DNA of 61,249 bases, filler included, from Globobulimina sp. (GCA_003354225.1; 21 parts of 21 records of this genome joined end to end with filler, not necessarily neighbours in it), one strand, 5' to 3'. Positions 48,093 to 61,249 are shown, numbered from the whole stretch's first letter. Notes: generated by a model not told the origin, from the sequence alone. Numbers and translations are program-made.

Positions 48093-49509
48093 ATGAGTCT
48101 TGCTAAGTTAAAAAAGAAATACTCCAAAAAATTCAAAAAAGAAAGTAAATCGCAAATATTTATTCTGGGAAGTGTTGGTGTTGGCAAATCATCATTACTT
48201 AAACTATTACAAATACAGCTATCCATGAAAGATGTATGACACATTAATAAATAATAATACATGATATTCAAATTAAATTATAATTAATTATACACAGAAA
48301 GGTAAGCGAAGTATGGCAGGCATCGACTTGGAAAGCATCGAATCCATATCAGAAGAGATATATTCATACGATTACAATAAAAAGACATTTGATACAATGA
48401 AGAAATTTATACAACAGTCCTCAACAAAATGTGTAATATTTGTGATTGATTCACAGAAAAAAAATATAATCCATGATACTAAAGGCAATGATATCCGCTC
48501 CAATATAAAAGATATCGCAAAGATTGTATCTAAAGAATGTCATATTATTGTTTTATGCAATAAACAGGACATAAAAAACGAAGAGATACTCACTTGCCAT
48601 GGTATGCAAAATATATTATGTACATAAACCTGATATAAATATATATACACTGCGCATATAGAAATTGGTAATATATTGGATATCGATCGAAGATTTGAGG
48701 CAAATAAACATTGCGTGATTGGATGCTCGTTGGCAGACAATAAAAATACTACAGATACAGACATATTGATATCCTATTTACGCGATAATAATATCATTGC
48801 ATTTACAGAATTCTGTGATGATGAAAAGAAAGAAAAAGAAAGAAAAATAAGCCAAAAAACTTCATTTAAGAATATTTTTAAGAAAAAAAACATTGATAAT
48901 AAAGTCATAATGATTTTTGGTTTGGACGGTGTTGGAAAAACAGAATTATTGAATGCATTTAATTTTGGTAAGAAATCAAAAACCAATTTAGCAATATTCG
49001 AGACGGAGAAAGTGAAACATGTAAATTGCGAGTTCCATGTTTGGAATTACGAGGAAAGGTCGTGGCCGATGGCCAAGTCCTTTTTTACTAATACGTCATT
49101 GGTGATATTTGTGATTGACGCGACAAAAACAGAGAATATTAAATCGAATAAGAAAAATGTATGGACAGTGGACAAATATTTAAAAAAATTGCTTGGAATA
49201 AATGATAATTATGAAAAAAAGGAAGATGATAAGAATAATATATGGCCGTTGCATTGTCCTTTTTTATTTTATTTGAATAAATGTGATTTGGAGAATGCAA
49301 TTGTGACACCAGATTATTTAGAAAAAGAAATTGAAATTTCAAGATTAATGAAAGCGCAACGGATTAAATATTTTGTGCAACAATGTTCTGCAAAAACTAC
49401 GAAAGGTGTTTATGACGGATTGGTTTGGTGTTCTATGGATGATATATTAATATTGAATTCTATTCCAGAAATTAAACAATATGCTCAAAACAGGGACGCT
49501 AATAAATAA
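48093..49509 (+). CDS. Protein with two tandem Arf/Arl-like GTPase domains, both degenerate in G3
   Basis: Domain 1: GSVGVGKS, VIFVIDS, NKQD, CSL (introns 48234-48297 and 48602-48661). Domain 2: GLDGVGKT, VIFVIDA, NKCD, CSAK..GV.DGL.W. Confidence 0.82.
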
Positions 49510-49671
49510 GAATGTGTTTTTTTGTTGTTGTGGTCGTCATATTAATTGTATTTTTGAATGTTTAGTTTGTANNNNNNNNNNNNNNNNNNNNNNNNNNNNN
49601 NNNNNNNNNNNNNNNTTAATTAATTAANNNNNNNNNNNNNNNNNNNNNNNNNNNNNNNNNNNNNNNNNNNN

Positions 49672-51511
49672 TAATTGTACTCACAGACGTTACAGAGCCA
49701 GATGACTGAGACGAAGACGAAGACGAAGACCCAGACTCACTCTCACCATCACTCTCAGTCTCCGTATCATAACTATCAGCTTTCTTCAATTCATTCAACT
49801 CAACCATTTCCGTTTTATTTTTTAGCTTTTGTTGAGGAGACACAATTTGAATAGGTATAATAATTTGATTTGGTGAATTTGAAGGGATCCTCATCGCGTT
49901 CTGACTTGCATATTGATGCATATTTATATTTCTTTGCTGTTGATTTTGCTGAGGAGACATATTTTGAATAGGGATCATTTGATGCGGCGAAGGCATCATC
50001 ATCGAATTCTGACTTGCTTGCGTCTGCAATGGATGTACATATTGATGCATATTTATATTCCTTTGCTGTGGATACAGTGGCATTGGCATTGCATTTGGAC
50101 GATATATTACTTGCATTTGGCCGTTGTTATTGGGTTGCAATGGGTCTTGTTGTTGATATTGTGGTGGTTGATATGGCTGAGCTACAAAGGCATTCTGCTG
50201 TGTAACGGTACGAACGGTACGACCAGTACTGGTCGAACATGATGTTAAATCTGCATATACCGACGTTGCCATATTCTCATCGCTATCGTTTTCAGCTTCA
50301 TCAACAATTGTTGGATGCTCCGACATTTCCATTGGTATTGCATTTGGATTATATGCTTGTGACTGAGTATTATTATTCGTATGCGTATGTATTGGAAATT
50401 GTTGCTGATGTGGTTGAGCTACGAATGTATTTTGATTGCTCGACGAACATGATGTTAAATCCGAACTGCATTCAGGTTCCTCATCCATATGAATAGTATT
50501 TACAATTTGATCGATGCCCAAATCATCATTGTCCTGTGGGACCACTGGGATTTCATGAATGGAAGTCGTCGTATTTTGAGGACCTGTATGCGTACCAAAC
50601 ATAGCATGAATGCCTTCCAGATTTAAATTTTTATCATCACCAACAGAGTTTTGTTTATCTTGCAGAATTTTAGTGTGTTTTACTGTAAAATAAACATATA
50701 TCATCCCACAACAAATGCATCCAATTATAACTACCAGCAAACTGCATCCAATCAAAATATAATCGATCGGATACATTGTCGCGGATTCTGTCTTCATTTG
50801 GTCAGATACTTCTGTTTCCGGAGTGGTTTGCAATTGTATCTGTGCAGGATTCGCTGTTGGATTTGCAGAATTTGCCGGATTTTGTGTGGGTGGTATTGAT
50901 GGATTCCGCGTTGGGTTTTTTGTTGACGATATTGATGGATTTCTTGTAGGATATCGAGTAGGTGATATTGATGGATTATTAGATGGTGTTTTTGTGGGTG
51001 AAACTGTAGGAATATATGTTGGTGCTGTTGATGGCTCATTAGATGGATTGTTTGATGGTGAAAACGTGGGAATATTTGTAGGTGACACAGATGGATTTTT
51101 TGAGGGCGAAAAGGTGGGCATATTTGTAGGTGATATAGGGGACACAGATGGATTTTGCGTGGTTGTACCTATTGCGGGTTGCTTTGTTGTGGGCCTCTTT
51201 GTTGGTGAATTTGTAATGGATCCGCAAGAGCCTGTACATGTTACAATTGTTGCCTCTGAAGCTGATACGCTGGTGCCCTCACAACTGGTGCCTTGTCCAC
51301 ATAATATGGCACAGGAAGCAGTGCCACAATTAATAACTGTATTTCCTTTGCATGCACTGTCACCAACACAATTAACAGTCACCTCTGTAGCTCCCGATGC
51401 GTCAATAAACGCATTTCCCTCGCATGAATTATCTCCGTTACAATTTACTATGCAGGGATCACCTGCTCTGCAGGTCAATGTTCCGTCTCTACATTGATAT
51501 TTACCGTCGCA
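49672..51511 (-). CDS. Type I membrane surface protein: Cys-rich repeats, PT stalk, TM, Q/P-rich tail (ends uncertain)
   Basis: Three 'C.G..SC' repeats, PSxxPT repeats, TM 'ILIGCSLLVVIIGCICCGMIYVYF', and duplicated cytoplasmic blocks. Confidence 0.78.
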
Positions 51512-51783
51512 GCTGAATTAATTAATATGAGATGCATATTTTGAGAAACATCTGCTATATACTAATATTTTATTAGTGAGGGAAACAACCAAACTTTAAT
51601 GTGCATGTTGTTCCAGAAGGGCTTGTTGGACAGCTACAACTGCCACTACAATCACGAGATTGGGTGTTTGTTTGATGAATGATCAGCAATACGCAAACTG
51701 TTACTAGTTTCAAAGCCATTAAAATATAGTTCCGAAAAGGTAAATTAGAGTAAAAGTTAAAAACATGTAGTTACACAAATATC

Positions 51784-52491
51784 ATGGCAGCTGGAACAGT
51801 TCTTCCGGTGCATCGAAAAATACAGAAAGAAGGATGGCTCGAATATCAAAGTCAATATCAATATTTCCAAATTTTATATCTATGTTTTAATATACCAAAC
51901 TACACTGTCTATACTCTATACATATAGATGCAGTGCATAATTGGACGCGGCAATGGGTGGTTGCAACTCACACTGCAGTCTATGTATATGATAATTACAA
52001 AGTTTTGTAAACTTTATTTTTGAAATAATTGTTGTCAGTTAACGTTGATACACAATTTTGCAAATAGTGTTATAAAAATGCAAAACAAATTATTCATGGA
52101 ACAGATATGTTATCGGCGGAACCGTCAGGACAGAATCTTTTGTGCGTCAAAACAAATAAAGAAAAAGTATATTTTAAATGTATTGGATATTTAGAGCGAA
52201 ATAATTGGAAACACAGCTTAAATGTATGTAAGAACAGTATAAAAATTCCAATTTCTGTTGAATGTGCGACAACAACAAATTACAATACTAATTTTGAGCT
52301 AACGATACCATATCATGTTGGATATTCGTTTCATGAAATTATTAAAGATATTATTGCTCACTTACATATTACATATATTCCAATTAAATTCACTCCAAAA
52401 ACTATTCATTCAAACTCATTCTGTAGAAAGAAAATTGATTTTACTGCTCATGACTGGGATGATTGGAACTGTCGCGATAAATTATATCATG
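51784..52491 (+). CDS. PH-domain protein, multi-exon (3' partial)
   Basis: 'IQKEGWLEYQ', 'NWTRQWVV' and 'VYFKC....ERNNWKHSL' lie in successive exons. Confidence 0.6.
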
Positions 52492-52648
52492 NNNNNNNNN
52501 NNNNNNNNNNNNNNNNNNNNNNNNNNNNNNNNNNNTTAATTAATTAANNNNNNNNNNNNNNNNNNNNNNNNNNNNNNNNNNNNNNNNNNNNACTATGGCG
52601 GTTCACAGTTCTTATTTTCCATGTTCACGTTGCTGGTAGTGGCGCGCT

Positions 52649-53886
52649 TCATGGTGCTTGGTACAAAACGTTTTTGGTAAAAAAAACTTCAAAAACATGG
52701 CACACACAAAATGGAGAATGACTAAACTTCTCAGCTAAACGTATTTCTTCCCGAATGAATGTATTCTCATCGTTATTGCTTGAAAGCGTGGTGGTATTTA
52801 ATTTAGATTTCCTTAAATTGGATGGATGATTGCTGGACGATGTGCTTGGTCCCGGTAAAATGTTATGACTTTTTTCAAATGGTATTATTGTTTCAAAATC
52901 TTTTGGGTTATTAATCTTTTCAATATCTGCATCTTCCATATCATTGTTAGCATTGTTATAATTCTCATCATCCTCGGAAATAAATGATAATAACTGTGAC
53001 ATATCCAATTCGTTATTTACTTCCAATGATATCTGATCGTCCATGGTTATGAATGGATTAATTTGCTGCGACATATTTTTGTTGTCGTTTTCTTCCAATT
53101 TTAATGCTAAATTAACCATTGTATGAGATAATAATTTCTCAAATTGCAATTTAGATAACTCAGATAAACCATTTTTCGTTTCTGCTTCATCATTATCATC
53201 GGACTCAGATTCGGACTCCGACTCTCCAGACATTTCATTGTCGCTGTTTTCATCGGAACTGTCAATATAAGCACTGCTATCGTTCTCTGCCGCGGATTCA
53301 GATGAAACATCATCATCAACTATAATGTTTTTGTCATTTGCAAGCAAATCATAATATCTTTCACTTTGTTTTTGTGTGTTTTCCTTCGGTTTTGTTAATT
53401 GTTGTAATAAGTGTTGTTTTTGTGCATTATTTGCTGTTTCTGTATCATACAATAATTCACTTTCTTTTTCCTCCAATTCTTTATTCAATCGGTTTCTTAT
53501 TTGCATGTGATTGAGTTCTGAATTATTTTCGTTTCCATCATCGCTGTCCGCGTCATCTGCAATGAAACCATTCATGTTTGTATCGTCGTCGTCTTCTTCT
53601 TCTTCTTTGTCTATCATTCAATCATAAAATATAAAAATTCATTTGATGCTCAAGCAAATAACGTAAACTTATAAATGTATTTTGATAACATACCATCAAT
53701 AACACTGTCAACAATAACATAATCCTGATCTCCTCCATCATCATCACCATCGCTTTCAACTGCTTCAATGTCAACAAATTCGAATGATTTCACACTTGAT
53801 TGTCCTGATGATGTTTCATCTGATTCATTACTTGATTCATTACCTGATGTATCAGAATCCTCTTCGAAACGAGATGTCATGCTCAA
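52649..53886 (-). CDS. Acidic low-complexity protein, two exons
   Basis: D/E/S-rich ORFs 53886-53650 and 53617-52649, separated by an intron-like gap. 'FVDIEA' and 'GFIADD' motifs. Confidence 0.55.
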
Positions 53887-54221
53887 GATATTTTAATAGC
53901 GTTTTAGTCGAGTTTTTTCACAAAAAAACATTGAAGATGGGGCTATACTCCATCGCACAATATTAATATAATATAAATTCAACCAAAACGAGAGGAAACC
54001 ACATACAAAAAATAATCTCAAACAAAACAGAACACACAAAAACACAATATGAAAAAATAAAAAAAATTTATAAAATACTTAAAAATATAAATTACATGGA
54101 CACACACACAAAATCAATACAACAATGCACAAAGCTAAGGACAGAGAGTATTGTATAAATTAAACAATAAATTACAACTTAAAAAATAATTTATCGAGCA
54201 ATGATAATAAAATAAAGCAAC

Positions 54222-55411
54222 TCACAAATCCTGTTTCAACCAAGAATGTTGTTTCAAATCTGATATTGATATACGTTCATCTTCATATTGGAAAATTTGA
54301 TTAAATAAATCAAGCAATTCATCATTGACATGATCCGTCAAGCCCCACTTTTCTAATACTTTCATAACTTTCCCATTCATAATCAATTGGAAATTGGTAT
54401 CAGTTAACTTTGCTTTTTTCCATGGAGTGCCACCAATTACCATCATAAACAGGCATACGCCCAGACACCACACATCATTGGACATTGCCGAAAACGTTTT
54501 TTTGTACGCAATTATTTCCGGACATTTATAACAATGTTTACCGACATATTTATTTGAAATATCGTCACATATGCCATGCTTATCAGATTTAAACAATTCA
54601 GCCAGCCCCAAATCACATAATTTCAGTTGAATTGGATTATCTGTATCATCTAAAACAAATTGCAAATCGCCTTTGGAATCAATGATAACATCAACATCAT
54701 TTATCAACATGTTTTCCAGCGATATGTCAAAATTTGCGACATTGTTTTTATGCATATAGTCAACCGCATTTACCATCTGTTTGAATAGTACCTGCACTAA
54801 TTTATGCCATTCGGACACCTCAATTGTATTATTGCTCAGACAGACATGCGCCTGGATATTATATTAATTATATTTTATAGAAACGTGTAGTTTTTAGTGT
54901 ATACAATTGTACCTTGATCAAAAAATCAAAGAAGCTCTGTCCACCATTTTCCATAACAAGATAAAAGTTGACTTTATCTTTAAAAAAATCTACATATTTT
55001 ACAATAGAATTTGGTGAATCTTGCCGCATGGTTAAATATCTTAATATTGCTGTTTCTTTTAAGATGTTTTCCGAAACATAATACTGGTGACCGTCTACTG
55101 TGGTAACTGCATCATTATGTAATTGCTTATTGGTGACTTTAATTACCACAGAAACTTTAGTGTCTGGTTGTGTTGCCGACCAAATAGAGCCTTAAATCAT
55201 ATCATAAACGTTGGCAAATTAGTATCAGAAATAATTAATTAACAAATGTAAAAAGTATTTTTTTGATGTATGATGTACCTTGTAATGTCTTACACATTTT
55301 AGCATTGTTGAAATATCCATGTTGCTTCATGGTAGATTTGATTTGTTTGGAGTTGCCAGTATCCTTTAAACAGGAGGATAGTGCCGACATTTTAAAGACG
55401 GTTAAGTGTTG
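54222..55411 (-). CDS. CAMK-like kinase with 'D[IL]SLEN' catalytic loop, multi-exon (5' partial)
   Basis: 'VVIKVT', 'ENILKE', 'ANFDISLENML', 'LCDLGLA', 'GKHCYKCPE', 'DVWCLGV'. Confidence 0.85.
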
Positions 55412-55511
55412 NNNNNNNNNNNNNNNNNNNNNNNNNNNNNNNNNNNNNNNNNNNNTTAATTAATTAANNNNNNNNNNNNNNNNNNNNNNNNNNNNNNNNN
55501 NNNNNNNNNNN

Positions 55512-57454
55512 CATCTTTTTCCTTTTTTCTTTTTTTTTTCTTTTTTGATTTTTTCGATTTTTTCGAATGTTCGATGTCACCGTTTTTAACATTTCCTTTT
55601 CCTTCATTTTCTTGTTGATTATTCATAGGATTTATCATTAAATCGGGGATATTGACGCCTTCTTTCAATATATCAGAGTTTATGGAAGATTGCGACGTCG
55701 AAGAGTCTAAATTGCCATTATGTTCATCCTCGCTGTCTGTACTTGCAATTGTGGAGGAATCGTCATCCAAATCACTGCCATCATCCTCACTCTCTGTACC
55801 CGAAGACGAAGACGAATAATAATCCTCCAATTTGCCTGATATCATACCGCCGACATTCATATTATTACCACCCAAAACTTTCTTTTTTTGCAATTGCCCT
55901 TGCTTTGGATGATAACCTTCAATTAACACATTATATAATACATAGTTGCGATTTTGCGGTGGAAATACAAACTCAACTTTGTTTTTTCTGTGAATTGGAT
56001 TTCCTCGATTTCGACTTATTGGACATATTTGCGGGATGTGCGCCGGGCGCCATATTGTTGACATTGGACTGATGATATTGTTGCTGTTGCTGTTGTTTTT
56101 TTAATTTCTTATTATTTTGATGCATTTGATGGATGGCTTGGTGTTGTAACTGTTGTTGTTGATTATTTACAATGGGACCTTGGCCTTGCTGCTGTTGGTG
56201 TTGTTGTTGTAATTGTTGCTGTGCCGCCAATAATTGTCGCCGTTGGTGTTCCTGTCTTTGTTGGGCTAAATAATTGACATAATGCACATGGTCATTATTG
56301 CCGCGGCCGCCGGTGCCGGAATCATTTGGTTTACGGTGCGGGTTGTTGTTGTTATTGGGCGGTGGCGGCGGCACATTGTACCTTTGCTGAACCATTGGGT
56401 GTGGACTGGGATTAGACGACGACACTTTGGTCGCTTTCACAATCCAATCATAGCGGCCATCATTGACATAGCCTTTCTTCTTAAATAAGTCTTTAAATAA
56501 ATTCTTGAGGTATTTATAATCGGGTTTGGCGTTGAAATCTAATTTCCGGCAATACCGCAAATACTCTGCAAATTGTTTGGGTGCGGCGCTGCATAACACA
56601 TCGATGGTAGTCTCGCGCTTCACTTTGGAGATGCGGTTGTATTTTTGCGTCTTGCTCTTTGCTTTCAAGCCTTGCCACGGTAACTTGCCGCCGCGATTGA
56701 AATACATCAAGACATAGCCTAAGGTCTCTAGGTCGTCTCTCCGCGCCTGTTCATAGCCTAAATGTGTATTGATGGAGGCATAGCGGGCGGTGCCCGTCAA
56801 CGATTTGCCTTCGATAAACGGAATATGTCTGCGAGTTTTTGGGTTAATATACCTTTTGCTGAGACCAAAATCTATGATAAAAACCACATTGAAGTTATTG
56901 GTGAGGCCAATGAGGAAGTTATCCGGTTTGATGTCGCGATGAATGAATTCGAAGGAATGTACAGATTCTATGCGTTCCAGCATTTGCTGAGCTAATAATA
57001 AGATGGTTTTAAGGGAGAAATTGCGCCCGCAATAATTAAATAAATCTTCCAAGGATGGACCTAACAAATCCATCACTAATACAAAGTATTCTTCTTCCTG
57101 GCCATAAAAATAGACGTTGGGCACACCCACACTGCCTTTCATGTGTTTGTAAATACGGGACTCGTATTGCAATTGGGGGTGTCGTGTGTTTGCTTTTTCT
57201 AATTTCACAGCCACTTTATGTCCGGTCTCTACATGTGTTCCTTTGTAGATCACACCAAATGATCCGCTACCTATTTTTTTGCCTAACCGATATTGCCCAT
57301 TCGCCACACGGATCTCAAAGGGACGCCCATGGGAATGCCCATGGTGTGAATGGCCGTGATGCGATGAGCCACGATGAGACGAACTCGTCTTTTTCGACCG
57401 GTGGGAATGATGCCCACTATGTCGACCTTCTTTTTCTTTGCGAGAGAAATCAAT
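55512..57454 (-). CDS. CK1: Casein kinase 1 with His-rich N-extension and polyQ plus acidic/basic C-tail
   Basis: 'IGSGSFG', 'HPQLQYE', '[10 protein letters not shown]', 'HRDIKPDNF', 'GTARYASIN', 'RRDDLE', 'LPWQG'. Intron 55917-55977 links to the S/D-rich last exon. Start codon uncertain. Confidence 0.93.
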
Positions 57455-57651
57455 CTTGAATCAATAGATTTCTCTACAATAACTAGATAATTTAAATAAA
57501 TATTATTAAATATTTGTTGCTAATATTTACTATTTGTTATAGATCCACGTTTTTAAACTGCCCACATTACGCTCCTACAGTTAAACTAAAGTGGAAAATT
57601 GTTCGTAAATAGTTTACCAAAACATCTTGACTCGTTGCTGCAAATTGCAAA

Positions 57652-58257
57652 ATGTCCGGACGCCATATTATTTGCGTAGCATTATTGTCAATCTCTCAGG
57701 CAACAAATATATCATCGACAAGCATGCCATCAATAGTTGAAAATAAAAATAGTCACAAACTGAGCACATTCACGCAAACTATTGTCATTTTGCTGGTTAA
57801 TGTGGTGGTCGGTGCATGCTGTTTAGCAATTTGTGCTTATTTTCTATATAAAAAGAAGGCAACAATGACCTCGCAGAATGATATCACATCTCAAATGGTG
57901 CCAACGAAGCAGAAATATGCTGATAGCAATGTATATGTATCCAATATATCAAAAGGTAATATATCTGCGTCTCAGTCAAGTCCACCACCACCTGCACCGC
58001 CACTAAATAAAGCGTCAATATCAGAAGATTCATTGGATTTATTACAACATCGATTCTTATCTGAAGAGATAAATGAGGCAAATACTAGTACTCCAATAGG
58101 ACCAGGACCAGGACCAGGAGCACAAATAAATGAGTCTTCAGAATCAGATACTTCAATATATAGGAAACAACATCAGTATTTGCAGGAAGAGATAAATAGA
58201 AAAGAAGATGAAGATGAACCGTCTCTTAGTGGTACAAAAACACCCTATCATGACTAG
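57652..58257 (+). CDS. Small type I membrane protein
   Basis: Signal-peptide-like N-terminus, one TM followed by KKK, Pro-rich cytoplasmic tail. Confidence 0.7.
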   Translation: MSGRHIICVALLSISQATNISSTSMPSIVENKNSHKLSTFTQTIVILLVNVVVGACCLAICAYFLYKKKATMTSQNDITSQMVPTKQKYADSNVYVSNISKGNISASQSSPPPPAPPLNKASISEDSLDLLQHRFLSEEINEANTSTPIGPGPGPGAQINESSESDTSIYRKQHQYLQEEINRKEDEDEPSLSGTKTPYHD

Positions 58258-58502
58258 TGTACATTTATTTGACAGCTTTCATTGCATTGTAGCATTATTC
58301 TTTATCCTTTATATTGAGATTTATTTTTATNNNNNNNNNNNNNNNNNNNNNNNNNNNNNNNNNNNNNNNNNNNNTTAATTAATTAANNNNNNNNNNNNNN
58401 NNNNNNNNNNNNNNNNNNNNNNNNNNNNNNGTACTTGGTGCTTTTTATAAAAACAAATTAAAATCTTTATTATGAATTAATATGTCAAATATTCTTATTC
58501 AG

Positions 58503-60595
58503 AGCAAGACCCACAACGGCAATGCCAACTATTGCACCAACAACATCTTCGCCGACTACATCTAATCCAACAACGTATGTGAAAAATATATAACGTTCTG
58601 CAGTACTTTAGATTAATGTTTGTAATTTCTTTTTGCTGTAAATAACAGGTCCAGGCCTACAACAGAAGTCCCTTCAACAGCAACTCCAACGACATCATGG
58701 CCTACGACCTCTCGTCCGACCACATCATCTCCGACAACGTATGTATGAACAGGCTGCTTTTCTACATATGTACTTTGTGACTTTATTATGAATTACTATA
58801 TAGATCAAGTCCAGCCACTGTTAATCCGACCACTCAGTCGCCCACAACCTATAATCCTACAACGTATTAATATATGTCTTTGCTTGTGCTCAATATAAAT
58901 GTGCTATGTAATATGCAGAGAATTACCAACAACTGCAAATCCCACCACTTCTAATCCAACAACGTATGCTTCTACATTTAATAGTTTGTAACGTATGTTA
59001 AATTCAGTTAAAACTATGCAACAGATCTAAACCCACAACAACGGCGCCTACCACAATAATTCCAACTTCTGTATCACATACAACATTATCTCCGACCACT
59101 TCAAATCCCACAACGTTAAGACCTACGACATCTACATCAACTCAAACTACATCACCTACAACTTCCAACCCAACGACGTATGCAAAATTCTTTATATATC
59201 CTACCACGTATTATAATCTGTATCTTTTCCACAGATATTTTTATTCATTAAAATAATTTATTCACACAGTGCGTCGCCAACAATCACTCATCCGATCACC
59301 ACTGATGCTCCAACGACACAGTCACCAACGACACAGTCACCAACTACATCATCTGTACCAACAGCCAATCCAACTGCAAATAATCCGTCAGGAAAAGCTC
59401 CAAATGAGTCAACCAGTTTTGTGTTTACATATTATATATTTTATTTTGTAGATAGTTAACAATAATCCACCATGATAAAGCTGACTTAGATGATGCTGCA
59501 GCTGGTGCTGCATTGAATGGATCCGGATCAACCAAAATGATGCCCAACAGAACTCGAGACATTCAGACATTGATCATTATCATATTGCTTGTCATTGTAA
59601 TATGTTTATGTCTATTCTGTGTATTGTACATTAAAAAACAAAGAGCAAAGAAATTAGCAAAGTGGGATGATAATGTCATTAATATAGCCACAACGCAAGG
59701 TATTGAAATGCCTAAAATTGATATGAATGCTATGACATCCAATCCAATGCATAAGCAATCAAATGCTGATGTTGCAATGTCGTTTGATGTGGTTCACAAT
59801 ACTGAAGAAATAGAGGGCGATGCAACTACAAAAAAACAAATCCTGAGCAATTTTATGAATGCAATCGGTGATAATAACGATGTTGTTACAGATGGGAATG
59901 AAACGAAATATGACAATGCTTTGAATATGATCGTGGGTGCAAATATTGATGGGCCTGTTCCAATTGATTTGGATGATGATGTAAAAGAGAACAATGAATT
60001 TGCGACATTTGAAGCTTTGGATACTTTCCAACAATTTAATACCTATAACTCGCAAAATATTGCAACCAATCCGAACATCCGAAATCATGTTCAAGTCTAT
60101 GGCCAACATCAAGCAACTGGGCAATTGCAATATAATCCATATAATCAGCCAGAAAATAATCAATATGATAGTTATAATGCCCAAATATCTCAATATAACA
60201 ATTTTCCACCACCGAATATAAATAATTATAATACATTGCATGCAGTTATACCATCCACACAACAACGACCATCTATGTTGGATAAATTAGTGGGAATACA
60301 ACAAGATTATTATGATGATGATCAAGCTGCAGTAAGTTCGCAATTTGAAACCATTGGGGATACGTTTTCTGCATTGAATGTATATGAGCCGGAGCGTAGA
60401 GGTGCTTATAATGGAAATAATAATGAATTGAAATTAAATAACAATAATAATGGGTTGCATGCTATGATAGCATCGAATCAACAAAGACCCTCTATGTTAG
60501 ATACATTGGTGGATATTGGACAAAGTTATGACGACGATGATGATGTTATATTTGGTTCGGGATATGAAACCATTCAATTTCCGTCAGTCAAATGA
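58503..60595 (+). CDS. Mucin-like P/T/S-rich type I membrane protein encoded by many small exons (5' partial)
   Basis: Exons 58503-58574, 58649-58738, 58804-58863, 58919-58963, 59025-59177 and 59270-about 59420, then a last exon with TM 'LIIIILLVIVICLCLFCVLY' and duplicated 'QQRPSMLD' blocks. Confidence 0.75.
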
Positions 60596-61072
60596 TAGTA
60601 ATAATTATTAATTTTTTTTGTTTTTCATTGAAAATATATAAATAATATTTTTTTTACTTTTCTGTGTAGTGTGTACGTACATTTTTATGTGTGTGTAATT
60701 TGTGTTCGATATGATCTATTTTTGTGTGTGTATTTTGTGTATTTGATAGATTTTTTTTGCCGTATTAGCACCTAAATATACTCGATCAGCGGTAAACAAA
60801 ACATGTCAAATACATTTTTTAATATGTTATATATTATACTCCCCATCCATCTATTTTTTGTTTAACGATTTGCTATTTTGCATATATTTTTTGTTTGCTA
60901 GCTTATTAATTTCTTGTATGGCAATTTCATTGATAAGCTAATTTATAATTGCTTTGGAATTTTAAATAAACTTTGATGATTCACTTAAATAGAACAAATA
61001 ACTCCGCTTCCAAATCAAAAATGGTTTATTGGCGTTTTTTTGGTAAAGAATAACTCAAAGATAAGTTAAAGA

Positions 61073-61249
61073 ATGTCGGTTGTGGAGACCACTTACGGTC
61101 AACAAGAGGGAGTCGATACGATGAGAGCGTTTCTATTAAAACATAGAAGTGTATTAAAGAAAGGATTAGATGCAGTTTATGACATATTACAAGAAAATGA
61201 GATCGAAGAATACGATGAATTAATTAAATTTTCAGAGACTGATTTGCGT
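61073..61249 (+). CDS. Start of a protein, possibly SAM-like
   Basis: 'MRAFLLKH...LDAVYDILQENEIEEYDELIKFSETDL' resembles a SAM helix pattern. Truncated. Confidence 0.4.
   Translation, partial: MSVVETTYGQQEGVDTMRAFLLKHRSVLKKGLDAVYDILQENEIEEYDELIKFSETDLR

Noticed and set aside
55512-56064. Separate gene overlapping the CK1 3' end
   Set aside because: Intron 55977-55917 joins it in frame as the last CK1 exon.
2824-58430. Regularly spaced TTAATTAATTAA repeats as a CRISPR-like or biological array
   Set aside because: They are always flanked by exactly 44 N on each side, so they are a synthetic six-frame stop linker. ORF ends reading 'XXXLIN' are artefacts.

Overview
This window is not one continuous locus. 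It is 21 unrelated contigs of 2823-2819 nt, sorted by decreasing length and joined by identical 100-nt artificial linkers (N44-TTAATTAATTAA-N44, which gives stops in all six frames). The DNA is eukaryotic, AT-rich and gene-dense, with short (about 55-100 nt) GT-AG introns and the standard code. The gene families suggest a protist, most plausibly a foraminiferan/rhizarian (inference only). Recognisable genes: WNK, CK1 and other kinases, PPIP5K/Vip1, ALG9, PTH2, tepsin-like, RPEL-repeat, DOCK, formin, GPATCH11, CCDC148-like, KH, MATH, PH-FYVE-LIM, Patched/NPC1-like, RGS, an AzgA-like permease and several Pro/Thr-rich surface proteins. Most notable observations: (1) a disrupted KDZ-type DNA transposase with a CAP-Gly domain inserted in frame, on a contig bounded by a perfect 119-nt inverted repeat; (2) a STAND/NB-ARC NTPase fused to a STAT-type SH2 domain; (3) two unusually long introns with candidate snoRNAs (a C/D RNA antisense to U6 snRNA around C62, and an H/ACA-like double hairpin); (4) a bacterial-type penicillin/AHL acylase with an N-myristoylation motif next to WNK; (5) a tandem Arf-like pseudo-GTPase; (6) single in-frame stops in a formin and a MYND gene. 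All calls come from manual motif recognition and no searches were run.
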